NCBI GenBank assembly: GCA_018716965.1
Contig: DVJF01000020.1
Span: forward strand, 5,051 to 69,050
DNA from: Candidatus Caccenecus avistercoris
Lineage (GTDB): Bacteria > Bacillota_I > Bacilli_A > RF39 > UBA660
Direction: 5' to 3'
DNA: 64,000 nucleotides
The notes under the pieces were generated by a model. That model was not told the DNA's origin. It ran no database searches and was given only the letters and a program-made list of their open reading frames with translations. Shown here one piece after another: positions 37,967-48,009 of this stretch (position 1 is the first letter of the stretch; every line of letters starts with the position of its first letter). Position numbers and translations under genes: made by a program.

Positions 37967-39658
37967 ATGAAAAATATAATATGTAATAATTTTAAAAAGA
38001 AAATTTTAGCAAACAAATATTTCTATACTGTGCTATTGTTAAGCTTTATAATATTGTTATTTTTAATGAAAAATGTAGTTATGTATGCGGACGATTTTGC
38101 ATTGAAAATAATAAGCAATCAAGGCTGGTCTGCTATTTTCGAAAATCAAATTAATCATTATCTTACTTGGGGAGGAGGATTTACTCCGTTATTAGTAACT
38201 GTATTTTTAAGATGCCCATTTTTTTGTTGGAAAGTAGTTATCGCATTATTAGTGTGGTTAATAATTTATATGTCAGCTAAAATGCTACCAGCAAAAAGTG
38301 ATAAACAACGCGCCTTTTGTTCTCTAATAATTTTAAACTGCTTACTCTTTGCTACAATAAAAATAAATAGGGAAACTATGTTTTGGTTAGATGGTAGTAT
38401 GGCATATGTTTTTACAACGTTTCAAATTTTTCTATATATCTACTATTTAATAACAAGGATTTTTTACAAAAAAATTAAAAAAAGGGATTACATATTGTTT
38501 CCAATTATAGCCTTTCTAGCTGGTTGGAGCAGTGCGCAAACAGGAGCTATAGCTCTAATAATCCCAACTTTAATCATATTATATGCGAAATTTATCAAGC
38601 ATATAAAAATAAAAAAATTTTATCATATAGTGAACATTTTAGGCATAATAGGGTTCTGTATTTTCTTCTTTGCACCAGGAAATAGCTCTAGGATGTCTGT
38701 TATGGGAGAATTTGCTGAACTAGGAATATTTGAAAAAATAAATTATCGTATTAGTAATATTTTTACATTTATGTTTGATTTTAAATCAGTAGATTTTAAC
38801 TCTATTCCTTTCTTTCTGTTATTATTTTTTGGATTAATATCTATCTATGGAATATATATATTAAAAATCGAAAAAAATAAAAAAAATATTTGCTTAAAAA
38901 TCAGTTTATTTATACTAATAATGTATATGTTGAATTGTTTATGCATAATGTTAGATTTTCCAGGGATAGAATATTTAAGTAAATATACTTTAAATTTTAT
39001 AAATATTTATGCCGAAGGGTTTTCTTTACAAGCATTAATTCAATATGGACTTCATTTTTTAGTGATACTTGCATCATTAATAACTTCTTATTTTATAGCT
39101 AAAAAAGAAAAAAATGATAGCTTAATAATATTACCTATAATTATGTATTTTTCTCAAGGCGTTATGGTAATGGCCCCATATAGTGAATACCGTACAGAAT
39201 GGATTGCATTAGTTTTTTTAGCTATTATAATTAGCTATTTATTTATAATATTATTTCAAAAGAAATGTAAATTGTTATATTTAGCCAGTATTCCATTTTT
39301 AATGTATAATATATATATCGGAATCTTATTAATTGTATTTACCTTATATAACAGTAAGACAGAATTTAACATAAAACATGAATACGTAGCATTGGCTTGC
39401 TTATTTAGTTTTTTAGCATTAATAAATACTTTAGAAATTCACGAAAAATACTATGAAAATAGATTAATTTATGAAAAAAATATTCAAATTTTAGAACAAG
39501 CCAATAAAGATGATAAGATAATTTATTTAGAAAGGCCAAAATATGATTACTATGGATTTGGAGGATTATTAGATGTTGATTATGTTGAAAGCTCTCTGAA
39601 AATTTTGTATAATCTTAATGAAGAAGTTGATTTTCAACCAATAGAAGAAGGTGTTTAA
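37967..39658 (+). CDS. polytopic membrane protein, probable GT-C fold glycosyltransferase
   Basis: About 13 TM segments. An acidic YADDF motif follows TM1, as in ArnT/PMT/YfhO-type GT-C enzymes. AAGGAG RBS 6 nt before the ATG at 37967. Positioned after the ArnC-like GT2 and the flippase pair. Confidence 0.5.
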   Translation: MKNIICNNFKKKILANKYFYTVLLLSFIILLFLMKNVVMYADDFALKIISNQGWSAIFENQINHYLTWGGGFTPLLVTVFLRCPFFCWKVVIALLVWLIIYMSAKMLPAKSDKQRAFCSLIILNCLLFATIKINRETMFWLDGSMAYVFTTFQIFLYIYYLITRIFYKKIKKRDYILFPIIAFLAGWSSAQTGAIALIIPTLIILYAKFIKHIKIKKFYHIVNILGIIGFCIFFFAPGNSSRMSVMGEFAELGIFEKINYRISNIFTFMFDFKSVDFNSIPFFLLLFFGLISIYGIYILKIEKNKKNICLKISLFILIMYMLNCLCIMLDFPGIEYLSKYTLNFINIYAEGFSLQALIQYGLHFLVILASLITSYFIAKKEKNDSLIILPIIMYFSQGVMVMAPYSEYRTEWIALVFLAIIISYLFIILFQKKCKLLYLASIPFLMYNIYIGILLIVFTLYNSKTEFNIKHEYVALACLFSFLALINTLEIHEKYYENRLIYEKNIQILEQANKDDKIIYLERPKYDYYGFGGLLDVDYVESSLKILYNLNEEVDFQPIEEGV

Positions 39659-40747
39659 ATGAAAAAAATAAATGTTACAAAATCTTATTTGCCACCATAT
39701 GAAGAGTACATAACAGAAATCAAAAAAATTTGGGATAATAATATTTTAACCAACTACGGTCCTATCAATATTGAGCTACAGAATAAATTGGAAAAATACT
39801 TAGACATAGATAAAGTACATTTTGTTAATAATGGTACAATAGCATTGTTATTAGCTATTGATTGTTTAGGGTTAGAGAATGTAGATATTATAACAACCCC
39901 ATTTAGTTTTATAGCAACAGCAAGTTCAATAGTATGGCAAAAATGCAAACCAATTTTCGTAGATATTAATCCGGAATCATTAAATATTGACCCAGAAAAA
40001 ATAGAAGAAAAAATAACGCCAAGAACTAAGGCTATTTTAGCAGTTCATTGCTTTGGAATTCCATGTGATGTAGAAAAAATACAAGAGATTGCACAAAAGA
40101 ATAATTTGTTTGTTATTTATGATGCCGCACATGCTTTTGGAGTTAAATATAAAAATAAATCATTATTGTCATATGGTGATATATCATGCTGTAGCTTACA
40201 TGCAACTAAAATATATCATAGTGTAGAAGGCGGTTTATGTGTTGTAAATAATAAGAAATATGAAGAAAAAATGGAGGCAATAAAGAAGTTTGGAACTATT
40301 AACAATTCTTATAAATTTATAGGTATAAATGCAAAAAATAGTGAATTCCACGCAGCAATGGGAATTTGTGTATTAAATCATTTAGATGAAATTATATTAA
40401 CAAGAAAACGAATTTATCAACAATATGTTAAAGAACTTAAAGATTTAGTAGAAATTCCATCAATTCCAAAAGAGTGCGAATATAACTACATATATTTTCC
40501 AGTAATTTTTAAGAGTGAAGAAAGACTATTAAGAGTTGTTGCAAGGCTAAATGAGAATAATATTTATCCTAGAAGATATTTTTATCCTTCTCTATCAAGC
40601 TTGAATATTTTTGGCAATACAGAAAAGTGTGAAATTTCCTTGGATATATCGAAAAGAATTTTGTGTTTACCATTTGATACCTACATAGAAAATAAAGATA
40701 TTAAATTAATATGCAAAATAATAAGAGAATGTGAGGAAAGCATATGA
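39659..40747 (+). CDS. DegT/DnrJ/EryC1/StrS family aminotransferase
   Basis: AVHCFGIPCD..., DAAHAFG, SLHATKIYHSVEGG (PLP lysine region). Confidence 0.8.
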   Translation: MKKINVTKSYLPPYEEYITEIKKIWDNNILTNYGPINIELQNKLEKYLDIDKVHFVNNGTIALLLAIDCLGLENVDIITTPFSFIATASSIVWQKCKPIFVDINPESLNIDPEKIEEKITPRTKAILAVHCFGIPCDVEKIQEIAQKNNLFVIYDAAHAFGVKYKNKSLLSYGDISCCSLHATKIYHSVEGGLCVVNNKKYEEKMEAIKKFGTINNSYKFIGINAKNSEFHAAMGICVLNHLDEIILTRKRIYQQYVKELKDLVEIPSIPKECEYNYIYFPVIFKSEERLLRVVARLNENNIYPRRYFYPSLSSLNIFGNTEKCEISLDISKRILCLPFDTYIENKDIKLICKIIRECEESI

Positions 40748-41808
40748 AAAAAGAAATACCAATAATGTTTTGCTTTGATAAAAACTATGTTATACCAGCA
40801 GGTGTTGCCTTTTTTTCATTAATGGAACATGCTAATCAGAATTATAATTATAAATTCTATATCTTACATTCTGATATTAATGAAAATCAACAAGAACGAT
40901 TAAAAGAAACAGTAGCTAATTATGACAATTGTAAAATAGAGTTTATTAATATGCAAAATCGTCTAGAAAAAGAATGGAAGAAAAGTTACAGAGGAGATCA
41001 TTTTTCTAAAGAAGTTATGTATAAGCTATTAACAGCGTCAATATTTCCACAATATGATAAATTAATAGTTAGCGATGTTGATGTTGTGTTTTTAGGAGAT
41101 ATATCACAATCCTACTTTGAATTAGATGCAATTAAGGATGATGTATATATTGCGGGAGTTAAACCAGTTGGGAAAACCTATGATTATTTCGAAAATTATA
41201 AATCCCAGTGGACTGAAAATGAAATTAAACAACTAGGAGAAACTTGTGGTGGTTATTTAGTAATGAATTTGAAAAAAATAAGAGAAGATAATATTGAAAA
41301 GGCATTTCTACAATCGCTAAAAAGGAATGCCCATCGATTAAATCAAATGGAACAAGACATATTAAATATTGTATGTCATGGAAAAATAAAGCAATTAGAT
41401 TTGAAATATGTAGTATGTAGTTACATGTGGGACTACTATAAATGCGAAGATGATTTTGAGAATGATAAAAACTATTCAAAAGAAGAATTAGTGGAAGCTA
41501 TGCAAAATCCTATTCAATTACATTACGCTACCTCAATAAAACCATGGAAGAATGTTAATTGTACGAAATCAGAAATATGGTTTGAATATATTGTAAAAAC
41601 TCCTTTTTTAAAAGAATATTTAGATTGGCTACCATATAATATTGTTATTCCAAAAGCTTCACAAATACAATATGTTAACAATGGTAAAATAAAAAGAGTT
41701 TGTAGTTACATAAAAAGAAATCCTTTATTTTTGTTAAAATTAGATTTTTATAAGAAAGTGATAAATTATGGAAAACGAAAATTTAAAAAGCATTTTAATA
41801 ATAATTGA
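40744..41808 (+). CDS. glycosyltransferase family 8
   Basis: IPIMFCFDKNYVIPAGVAFFSLMEHAN (GT8 N-terminus). DVDVVFLGD (DXD). Confidence 0.75.
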   Translation: MKKEIPIMFCFDKNYVIPAGVAFFSLMEHANQNYNYKFYILHSDINENQQERLKETVANYDNCKIEFINMQNRLEKEWKKSYRGDHFSKEVMYKLLTASIFPQYDKLIVSDVDVVFLGDISQSYFELDAIKDDVYIAGVKPVGKTYDYFENYKSQWTENEIKQLGETCGGYLVMNLKKIREDNIEKAFLQSLKRNAHRLNQMEQDILNIVCHGKIKQLDLKYVVCSYMWDYYKCEDDFENDKNYSKEELVEAMQNPIQLHYATSIKPWKNVNCTKSEIWFEYIVKTPFLKEYLDWLPYNIVIPKASQIQYVNNGKIKRVCSYIKRNPLFLLKLDFYKKVINYGKRKFKKHFNNN

Positions 41809-42928
41809 TGATATTTTTCCAACAAGAATGTCTAGTTTTCGCAATGTTGAATATGATAAATATATATCACAGTATCAAAATATTCTAATAGTAAATATTT
41901 CTAAAATTGAAATATCACCAGACATAACACCAAAAATTGTAGGGAAAAATATTTACTATTTTCAAACAAATTTTGATGATAATCAAGTTTATGAAATAAA
42001 AAAAATTTTAACGAAATATAATAATAAAATCGCAACTATTGATTTTCTAAATAATATTTCAGCGGTTGAATGGAAAGTATTAAATTTTTTAGAAGAAAAT
42101 AATATAAAATTTATGTTAACTTTATATCCGGGTGGAGGCTTCTTTTTTGATGAAACTTCCAAAAAAAAATTACTAAAAGTTTTTTCTTCTAAAATGTTTT
42201 ATAAAGTTATAATAACTCAAAAGAAAATTTTGGAATACATCTTAGAAAATCAATTATGCAAAGAAGAGCAAATAAAGTTTATATATGGTCTACCAGTATC
42301 GCATAATTTGTTAAATATAGATTTGTCGAAAAAACGTTATTATGGTATTAAAGGAAAAATAAATTTTAATATTTGCTTTGTAGCTTATAAATATTCTCCT
42401 CAAGGAAAGGATAAAGGATATGATGTTTTTATTAAAATAGCAAAAATCTTGCGTAAAAAATACAACGATATTTATTTTCACGTTGTAGGTAACTTTAATG
42501 AAAATGATATTGATGTAATGGAATTGGATGAAAGAATTGCTTTTTATGGAGTGCAGAAAACTGAATGGTTTGAAGATTTTTATAAAGATAAAGATCTTAT
42601 AATTTCACCGACAAAACCAAATATTTTGAATAAAGGATCTTTCGATGGATTTCCAACTGGGGCAACAACTGAAGCCATGTTAAATGGTGTAACAGCAATA
42701 GTAAGTGATCCCTTAAATATGAATTTTACATACCAAAATAATAAAGACATTATAATTATAAAAAATGAACAAGAAATACTAAAAACAGTAGAATTTTTAA
42801 AAAGTAACCCTAAAAAAATGGTTTCCATATCCAAAAAAGGATATAAAAAGTGTAATAAAATATATTGCGAAAAATATCAGTTAGAGGAGAGACTAAAAAT
42901 ATTAAAAGAAATGGAGAGTTTAAAATGA
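41768..42928 (+). CDS. glycosyltransferase (GT4/GT1-like C-terminal domain)
   Basis: GFPTGATTEAMLNGVTAIVSD (E-x7-E region). Confidence 0.55.
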   Translation: MENENLKSILIIIDDIFPTRMSSFRNVEYDKYISQYQNILIVNISKIEISPDITPKIVGKNIYYFQTNFDDNQVYEIKKILTKYNNKIATIDFLNNISAVEWKVLNFLEENNIKFMLTLYPGGGFFFDETSKKKLLKVFSSKMFYKVIITQKKILEYILENQLCKEEQIKFIYGLPVSHNLLNIDLSKKRYYGIKGKINFNICFVAYKYSPQGKDKGYDVFIKIAKILRKKYNDIYFHVVGNFNENDIDVMELDERIAFYGVQKTEWFEDFYKDKDLIISPTKPNILNKGSFDGFPTGATTEAMLNGVTAIVSDPLNMNFTYQNNKDIIIIKNEQEILKTVEFLKSNPKKMVSISKKGYKKCNKIYCEKYQLEERLKILKEMESLK

Positions 42929-43488
42929 ATAGCTTTTATAACCAAGAAGAGTTAAAAGAATTGGGATTAAAAAAAATAGGAGACAATGTATTAATTAGTA
43001 AAAAAGCAAGTATATATTCGCCTAATACAATTGAAATAGGGGACAATGTTAGAATAGATGATTTTTGTCTTTTATCAGGTAATATTTGTATAAAAAATAA
43101 TGTGCATATTTCTGCATATACAGCTCTTTATGGTGGAGGAAAAATAATTATAGGAAATTATTGTGGATGTTCTCCAAGATGTACAATTTTAAGTGTATCA
43201 GATGATTTTTCAGGAGAGCATATGATAGGAGCTATTTTTGATAGTAAATATACAAACGTGACAAAAGGGAAAGTTATTTTAGAAGACTATGTCCAATTAG
43301 GGGCAAACACCGTAGTTTTGCCAAATACAACAATAAAAGAAGGAACAGTTACGGGAGCAATGACATTTGTTAAAAAAAATCTAGATAGTTGGGGAATATA
43401 TGCGGGAATACCAGCAACATTAAAAAAGAAGAGATCAAAAAAAATTTTATTAAAAATAAAGGAATATGAAATATGGAATACGAATTAA
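42925..43488 (+). CDS. hexapeptide-repeat (left-handed beta-helix) acetyltransferase
   Basis: Repeated [LIV]-G-x-x-x-x hexapeptides (IGDNVLI, IGDNVRI, IGNYCGC...). NeuD/WbbJ/Mac-like. Confidence 0.75.
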   Translation: MNSFYNQEELKELGLKKIGDNVLISKKASIYSPNTIEIGDNVRIDDFCLLSGNICIKNNVHISAYTALYGGGKIIIGNYCGCSPRCTILSVSDDFSGEHMIGAIFDSKYTNVTKGKVILEDYVQLGANTVVLPNTTIKEGTVTGAMTFVKKNLDSWGIYAGIPATLKKKRSKKILLKIKEYEIWNTN

Positions 43489-44474
43489 CTGTAGTAACAA
43501 CCACATATAATCAAGAAAAATATATTGAGCAATGTTTAAAAAGTATACTAAACCAAAAAACTGATTTTAACTTTAAATTGTTAGTAAGCGATGATGCTTC
43601 AAATGATAATACAAGACAGATTCTACAAAAATATGAAAATTTGTTTCCTAATAAGCTGGAGGTCATTTACAGAGAAAAAAATTTAGGAGCTATGAAAAAT
43701 TTTATAGAGACACTAAATTTGGTTCATACAAAGTATGTTGCATTATGTGATGGCGACGATTTTTGGACAGATGAAACTAAACTACAAAAACAAATAAACT
43801 TTTTAAATAAACACAAAGAATATACGATATGCTTTCATCAAACTTTGATTTTTTTTGAAGATAAAAGCCAGAAATCAGTTTTGCACCCAATTAATATTGC
43901 AAGTGACTTAAGTTTACAAGACTTAATAAAGGAAAACTTTATTCCTGCCAATACTGTTGTTTATCGCTGGAAATATCAAAAAGAAAATAGTTTAATTTCA
44001 GAGTTGAAAGAAGATATAGTACCAGGCGACTATTTTCTTCATTTAATGCATGCAGCAATTGGAAAAATACATTATATGGATGAACAAATGTCCTGTTATA
44101 GAAGGCAACCGTATGGTATGTGGTATCTTTCTTCTCAACTAGATAAACAAAATCAATTTTATGATATTTACGGAGAACAATACTTACAATTTTTTAAAAA
44201 TGTAGAAAAAGTATTAAAACTAGATCCAGATACTTTTAAACCACAAAAAAGCTGGATTATAAAAGAATCAATTATAGCTTATACAAAATTAAAAAGAGCA
44301 AAAAAATTAAAAAAGTTATATAAAAATGAATATAAAACAAATATTAAAATTTTTGAAGAAACTATTGCATCATTTTCATTAAATGAAAAAATATTTTACT
44401 ATTTACAAACAAATGCTATAATTGTGCTTAAAAAAGGAATAAGGTTTATTAAATGGAAAATTTTAAAAAGATAG
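43473..44474 (+). CDS. glycosyltransferase family 2
   Basis: LTVVTTTYNQEKYIEQCLKSILNQ...LLVSDDASNDNT and DGDD (DXD). Confidence 0.8.
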   Translation: MEYELTVVTTTYNQEKYIEQCLKSILNQKTDFNFKLLVSDDASNDNTRQILQKYENLFPNKLEVIYREKNLGAMKNFIETLNLVHTKYVALCDGDDFWTDETKLQKQINFLNKHKEYTICFHQTLIFFEDKSQKSVLHPINIASDLSLQDLIKENFIPANTVVYRWKYQKENSLISELKEDIVPGDYFLHLMHAAIGKIHYMDEQMSCYRRQPYGMWYLSSQLDKQNQFYDIYGEQYLQFFKNVEKVLKLDPDTFKPQKSWIIKESIIAYTKLKRAKKLKKLYKNEYKTNIKIFEETIASFSLNEKIFYYLQTNAIIVLKKGIRFIKWKILKR

Positions 44475-44488
44475 GAAGAATTTTAAAA

Positions 44489-45502
44489 ATGAAAAAAATA
44501 TTTATTACAGGCTGCTGTGGTTACATAGGTAGTCATACATGTGTAGAGTTATTAGATGCCGGCTATGAAATAGTAGGTTTAGATAATTTTAGTAATAGCA
44601 AACCAAGCGTATTAGATGGAATTAAAAAAATTTCAGGAAAAACTATAAAGTTTTATGAAGGAGATATGCTTGATAAAGATTTACTAGAAGCAATCTTTAA
44701 CGAAAATGAAATAAGTATGGTTATGGACTTTGCAGCTTTCAAATCTGTTGGTGATAGTGTTTCTAAACCAATTGAGTATTACATTAATAATGTAAGTAGT
44801 GTATTAACACTATTATCTGTTATGAAAGAGCATAACATTAAATCACTTATTTTTAGTAGTAGTGCAACCGTATATGGAACTCCAGAATTTGTACCAATTA
44901 CTGAAGAATCTAAAACAGGTGGCACAACAAATCCATACGGAACAAGTAAGTTATTTGTTGAACAAATATTGAAAGATTTATATAAATCAGACAATGATTG
45001 GAAAATATGTATATTTAGATACTTTAATCCAATCGGAGCACACCAATCAGGATTAATAGGTGAAGAACCAAATGGTAAACCTGCCAATTTAATGCCATAC
45101 ATATCTATGGTAGCAACTAAAGAATTAGAATATCTAAGTGTTTTTGGGGATGACTATGATACTAAAGACGGAACTGGCGTCAGAGACTATATTCATGTAG
45201 TTGATTTAGCGAGAGCTCATATTAAAGGAGCCGAAAAATTAAATAAAGAAAAAAGTGGCTTATTTATTTATAACCTAGGAACAGGAGAGGGTTATAGTGT
45301 TTTAGAAATGATTCATGCTTTTGAGAATGCTAATCATGTGAAAGTACCATATAAAATTGAAGCTAGACGTCCTGGCGATATAGCCGAGTGTTTTGCAGAT
45401 TCTAGTAAAGCGGAAAAAGAACTAAATTGGAAAGCTACTTTAACACTAGAAGATATGTGTAAAGATGCTTATAATTTCACCAAAAATAGAAAGAATAATT
45501 AA
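44489..45502 (+). CDS. galE: UDP-glucose 4-epimerase
   Basis: ITGCCGYIGSH, YGTSKL (YxxxK), overall GalE pattern. Confidence 0.85.
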   Translation: MKKIFITGCCGYIGSHTCVELLDAGYEIVGLDNFSNSKPSVLDGIKKISGKTIKFYEGDMLDKDLLEAIFNENEISMVMDFAAFKSVGDSVSKPIEYYINNVSSVLTLLSVMKEHNIKSLIFSSSATVYGTPEFVPITEESKTGGTTNPYGTSKLFVEQILKDLYKSDNDWKICIFRYFNPIGAHQSGLIGEEPNGKPANLMPYISMVATKELEYLSVFGDDYDTKDGTGVRDYIHVVDLARAHIKGAEKLNKEKSGLFIYNLGTGEGYSVLEMIHAFENANHVKVPYKIEARRPGDIAECFADSSKAEKELNWKATLTLEDMCKDAYNFTKNRKNN

Positions 45503-45505
45503 AAG

Positions 45506-46615
45506 ATGAAAATTAAAGTAATGAGTATATTTGGAACAAGACCAGAAGCTATAAAAATGGCTCCTCTTGTTAAAGAATTAGAAAGTAGAAATGAAATAGA
45601 AAGTATCGTATGTGTAACAGCTCAACACCGAGAAATGTTAGATCAAGTACTTGATACTTTTAAAATTAAACCCGATTATGATTTAAATATCATGAAGCAA
45701 GGACAAACTCTAGGAGATATTACAACTAGAGCTCTAACAGGGCTAGAAGAAGTAATAAAAGAGTCTACTCCAGATATTGTTTTAGTTCACGGAGATACAA
45801 CCACAACTTTTGCCGGAGCTCTAGCAGCTTTCTACAACCAAGTAGCTATAGGGCATGTAGAAGCAGGCCTTCGTACAAATGATAAGTATTCTCCATTTCC
45901 CGAAGAAATGAATAGGCAAATGGTTGATTGTATGACAGACATGTATTTTGCCCCAACAGAACTAAGTAAAGCCAATTTATTAAAAGAAAATATTGAAGAA
46001 GATAAAATATATGTTACAGGTAATACGGCCATTGACGCTATGTCAACAACGGTAGAAAAAAATTATACTCATAAGGAATTAGAATGGATAAAACCTAATG
46101 AAAGAATGATTTTACTTACAGCTCATAGAAGAGAAAATCTTGGTGAACCAATGCGTCACATATTTAAAGCGATAAAAAGAATAGTAGAAGAATTTGAAGA
46201 TGTAAAAGTAATATATCCAATTCATATGAATCCTAAGGTAAGAGATGTAGCAAAGGAAGTATTTGGAAATATGGACCGAGTTAAACTAATTGAACCGTTA
46301 GAAGTATTTGACTTCCATAATTTCCAAAATAAGTCTTACTTAATCTTAACAGATAGTGGCGGAGTACAAGAAGAAGCTCCAAGTCTAGGTAAACCAGTAT
46401 TAGTACTTAGAGATACCACTGAACGACCAGAAGGTATTACAGCTGGTACCCTAAAACTAGTAGGAACAGATGAAGAAACAATCTATAACGAGACTAAAAA
46501 GTTATTAACAAACAAAGATGAGTATAATAAAATGGCTCATGCCTCTAATCCATATGGTGATGGAAATGCCAGTAAAAGAATAGTAGATGCCATTATAGAA
46601 AAATTTTCAGAATAA
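45506..46615 (+). CDS. mnaA: UDP-N-acetylglucosamine 2-epimerase (non-hydrolysing)
   Basis: MKIKVMSIFGTRPEAIKMAPL, HGDTTT, HVEAGLRT, DSGGVQEEAPSLGKPVLVLRDTTERPE. Confidence 0.9.
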   Translation: MKIKVMSIFGTRPEAIKMAPLVKELESRNEIESIVCVTAQHREMLDQVLDTFKIKPDYDLNIMKQGQTLGDITTRALTGLEEVIKESTPDIVLVHGDTTTTFAGALAAFYNQVAIGHVEAGLRTNDKYSPFPEEMNRQMVDCMTDMYFAPTELSKANLLKENIEEDKIYVTGNTAIDAMSTTVEKNYTHKELEWIKPNERMILLTAHRRENLGEPMRHIFKAIKRIVEEFEDVKVIYPIHMNPKVRDVAKEVFGNMDRVKLIEPLEVFDFHNFQNKSYLILTDSGGVQEEAPSLGKPVLVLRDTTERPEGITAGTLKLVGTDEETIYNETKKLLTNKDEYNKMAHASNPYGDGNASKRIVDAIIEKFSE

Positions 46616-46627
46616 AAACTCTTAAAT

Positions 46628-46649
46628 CAAGCTATATGCTTGCTTTTTT
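46628..46649 (+). terminator. rho-independent terminator after mnaA
   Basis: CAAGC-TATAT-GCTTG followed by a T-run. Confidence 0.5.
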
Positions 46650-46692
46650 CTTGCAATAATGATACTATTAATTTAAGTTTAATGGAGGATAT

Positions 46693-48009
46693 ATGAAAGA
46701 AAAAGTATCAAAATTAGTAAATGTCTATAAAAAATATGGCTTTATAGGTTTCTGTAAAAAATTATATGCTTATATAAAAGCTAATTATATGGACAAAATA
46801 AGTTTCAAAGTAATATTTCATAAAAAGAAATATCATGAAGAGATTAAAAACATTTTAAAAAATAGTAAATATGACCGAGTAATACTTTGGCGTTCTAGTT
46901 TTGGCTATAATGTACCCTTATTTCAAAGACCTCAACATATAGCCAATAATTTAGCTAAAAATAACTGTTTAGTTTTTTATGAAGTAACAACCATGACTGA
47001 TAAAGTAAAAACTCTAAAAAAACATAGTAACAATATTTATTTAATCAACTTCAATAATATAGCCTTAAATAAAATATTAACAGCAGAATTAGCCAAAATA
47101 AATAAACCTAAATATATAGAACTTTATTCTACAGATTGGAAATTATCAGTTGAAAATATAAAAAATTACATGAACAATGGCTATGGTTTTATTTATGAAT
47201 ATATTGATCACCTATCCCCAGAATTAGCAGGCACGAAAAATATTCCAGAAAATATTATAGATAAATATGAATTTGCTATGTCTAACAAAGAGGTATATAT
47301 TGTAGTTACTGCAGATCTTTTAAAAGAAGACGTTATACAACATCGCGGTAATGTAAATATGGCATTTTCTACAAATGGGGTTGATTACGATTTTTTTGAA
47401 AATTTTGATGAAAACTACGAATTTGAACCATCTTTTCAAGAAATATTAGATAAAAAGAAACCAATTATCATGTATTATGGAGCTTTAGCAAAATGGTTTG
47501 ATTATGACTTAATTAAAAAAATTGCCAAAACAGATAAATACAGTATTGTCTTATTTGGCATTAAATATGATGAATCTTATGATGAAGCGTTAACTGGTGA
47601 AGAAAAAAACATTTATTTCATGGGACCTAGAGATTATCATGTTCTAAAAAATTATGCTAGACATGCTGATATATTAACTATACCATTTAAAATTAATGAT
47701 ATTACAAAATCTACTAGTCCCGTAAAAATATTTGAATATATGGCTCTTCATAAACCAATTGTAACCATCGATTTAAATGAATGTCATAAATACAAAAGTG
47801 TTTTAATTGCCAAAAATCATCAAGAATTTATGGATAATCTTGATAGTGCTATGAAACTAAGAAATGATAAAAAATACATTCAGCTATTAGACAAAGAAGC
47901 TAAAGAAAATGATTGGTCAAAGAAAGCTGAAGCTATAATTGATTTAATAAAAAAGGATGAATTACATGAACAATTATCTAAAACAAATATATCAAAAACC
48001 AAAAAATGA
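46693..48009 (+). CDS. glycosyltransferase, GT4-like C-terminal domain (TuaH-like)
   Basis: SPVKIFEYMALHKPIVT (E-x7-E-like). GGAGG RBS. Confidence 0.55.
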   Translation: MKEKVSKLVNVYKKYGFIGFCKKLYAYIKANYMDKISFKVIFHKKKYHEEIKNILKNSKYDRVILWRSSFGYNVPLFQRPQHIANNLAKNNCLVFYEVTTMTDKVKTLKKHSNNIYLINFNNIALNKILTAELAKINKPKYIELYSTDWKLSVENIKNYMNNGYGFIYEYIDHLSPELAGTKNIPENIIDKYEFAMSNKEVYIVVTADLLKEDVIQHRGNVNMAFSTNGVDYDFFENFDENYEFEPSFQEILDKKKPIIMYYGALAKWFDYDLIKKIAKTDKYSIVLFGIKYDESYDEALTGEEKNIYFMGPRDYHVLKNYARHADILTIPFKINDITKSTSPVKIFEYMALHKPIVTIDLNECHKYKSVLIAKNHQEFMDNLDSAMKLRNDKKYIQLLDKEAKENDWSKKAEAIIDLIKKDELHEQLSKTNISKTKK

